From assembly GCA_020536535.1 (NCBI GenBank), contig JAHLWZ010000236.1, positions 1-34,727 of the forward strand: a stretch of 34,727 nt of DNA. Reading direction: 5' to 3'. Within the stretch, counting starts at the first letter, position 1; every line of letters starts with the position of its first letter. The DNA is from Pelomyxa schiedti (Eukaryota; Protista; Evosea). A program made the translations under genes and the position numbers. Below the pieces are notes generated by a model that did not search any database, was not told the origin of the DNA, and saw only the letters and a program-made list of their open reading frames with translations. Of the stretch, positions 32,733 through 34,727 are shown in pieces.

Positions 32733-34727
32733 ATGCAGCCGGGGATGCAAGGGGCGCGACACCCAGAGCAGCCGGTTGGGCCGGTATCGGGGATCGGTGC
32801 AGTGGGAATGGGCGCCGCCGTGCGACACCCAATAATCCCCACCAACATTGTGGGAGAGCAGCCACACCAACACCAATACATCGTAAACGCAAACAACAAC
32901 ATCAACTATCAACACCACAACGCAATTATCAACAACAACGCCCATCCGGGGATTGGTGTCAACCAGCCACCCCCTGGCCAATACCATCACCCACAGTATC
33001 AAATTCAATCCCATAATCCGGGAGTTATTGTGTCCGGGGTTGGCGTGGTGGGTGGATTGAATCAGAACCAAAACCAAAACCAAATACAAATTCAAAACCA
33101 GCAGAATTATATCAATGGGTTCGGTGTTGATGTTCTCTCTCATAAGGCTACAAAGACCCCGTCTACATTCACTGATTTCAAGGTTGGCTTGTCTGTCTTT
33201 TTTAACCTCTCTATGCTCTTTTTTGCCGAATTCATTGGAAATTTTTAGATTCTTTTGTTCCTGGGGAAGGGCACATATGGTTCTGTAACAAAGGTGATGC
33301 GGCTTACAACTGGCAAAATATATGCATTGAAGGAAGTTGACATGAGGAACAAGAAGCAAGTGGAGAGGTTTTATTATTATTATTTTACTCTGATTTTGTA
33401 TGGCCCTTTGACGTTTTTGAACAAAGGGAAGAAGCTGTCAATGAAATAAGGCTTTTAGCTTCTGTCAAACACCCACACATTATCCGCTACCGAGACTCCT
33501 TCTTCGAGAATGAAAAACTCTACATTGTATTATGCCTCACCACTTTCTGCACTGTTAAGAATTATAACTAGGTTACAGATTTTGCAGAAAAGGGAGACTT
33601 GAGTAAATACTTGAATAGTTTGGAAAAACAAGGTCTCAGATTACCTGAAAACGATGTGTGGTCTGTGTTTCTGCAAGTGTGTTTGGCACTGGGCTACATG
33701 CACAATAACAGAATTCTTCATCGAGTATCCAGAGATATTTTGTAAAGTTCTTCTGATATATTTCGCAGGACCTAAAGACAAGCAATATTTTTATGTGTGA
33801 CAATATGATAGTTAAACTTGGGGATCTTGGAGTTGCAAAGCTACTCAAGTCGGCTCTTACAACAACCCAAGTTGGTAAGTAAATCTCACAGTGAGTGCCA
33901 GATTGATGTATCTAGGAACCCCCTATTATATCAGTCCAGAGATTTGGAGGAAAATGCCATACAATTCAAAGAGCGACATGTGGTCATTAGGTACTCATTT
34001 CCTTTCCTGAATGAGATTAATTAAAACGTCTCAGGGTGCGTTCTTTACGAGATGATGACATTCCAGCATCCGTTTAATGCTAGTAGCCCAAAGGAATTGT
34101 CAGATAAAATATTGAGGGGACGTTATCCTCCTATCTATGGCTATTCACGGGACCTCACCCTTTTTGTCGAGTTACTATTAAGTATGGAAGGATTTTGAAC
34201 TGTTTTTTGGCTCTAACTTCTCCAGATGTGAATGCTAATGCCAGGCCAAGTGCAAAACAGATTTTGGGTATGCCGAATTGCATTCAGGTGGGGAACTGCC
34301 TCTCAATACGAGGTTTTCCTAATGAATAAAAAACCAGAAAATGTCTCAAATTTTCGGCAATACCTCAATCTCTTGCGATCTCCCTACCGAAATTGTCAAT
34401 ACGATCCGAGTTCCAAAAAACCTTTCCAGACTCACTGAAAATCTACCAGTACCCTCCCTTTAGCAAAGTTGTTCTAAGTTGTTTATAGGGACCGGCTTAT
34501 GTAACACCAGCACCACCTCCTCATGGCCGGCATTTATCACTTATGTTGGAAAAGATAAACTCCAATGCTTGCAGTCCAATCAAGGGCACCGACTTATTTT
34601 CCGCATTTGATGACGAAGAACCAAATAACGAACATGAAATCGGGCACCCACCCCCAAAACCACAACCTCCCCCATGCATAATACCAACACAAATACGGGA
34701 AGCACCAATACCAGAAGTAAAAGATGT
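32733..34727 (+). CDS. NEK (NIMA-related) Ser/Thr kinase, multi-exon, 3' partial
   Basis: Motifs [58 protein letters not shown] and [11 protein letters not shown]...[18 protein letters not shown]. Confidence 0.92.

Noticed and set aside
32646-33359. 237 aa hydrophobic minus-strand ORF
   Set aside because: It is the antisense of the N/Q-rich NEK N-terminus.
1-34727. CRISPR array, operon, rRNA or tRNA
   Set aside because: The sequence is intron-rich and eukaryotic. No repeat-spacer pattern or structural RNA was recognised by eye; no covariance search was run.

Overview
Gene-dense eukaryotic scaffold with many short (~45-200 bp) spliceosomal introns, several with CTAAC branch points, very short intergenic spacers and three 100-N gaps. 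The expanded hypothetical families, intron style and gene density suggest an amoeboid protist; they resemble Pelomyxa (Archamoebae) from memory, which is an unverified inference. The left ~21 kb is a tandem cluster with four copies of a spliced ankyrin-like repeat gene (family A, minus strand). Three A copies sit head-to-head, ~50-125 bp apart, with an intronless family B gene ('RDQMLALASATNARCG' N-terminus). In two units a membrane-anchored Cys-type arylsulfatase follows. A degenerate Ras-like gene and a distant B homolog lie at 5-7.6 kb. The right part holds an HSPBP1/Fes1-like Hsp70 nucleotide exchange factor, an alpha2delta-like VWA protein with a GPI-type tail, three hypothetical genes, a 5-exon bacterioferritin-like gene not recoverable from the ORF track, PPCDC, and a NEK kinase running off the window. 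All gene models were spliced by hand and no database searches were run.
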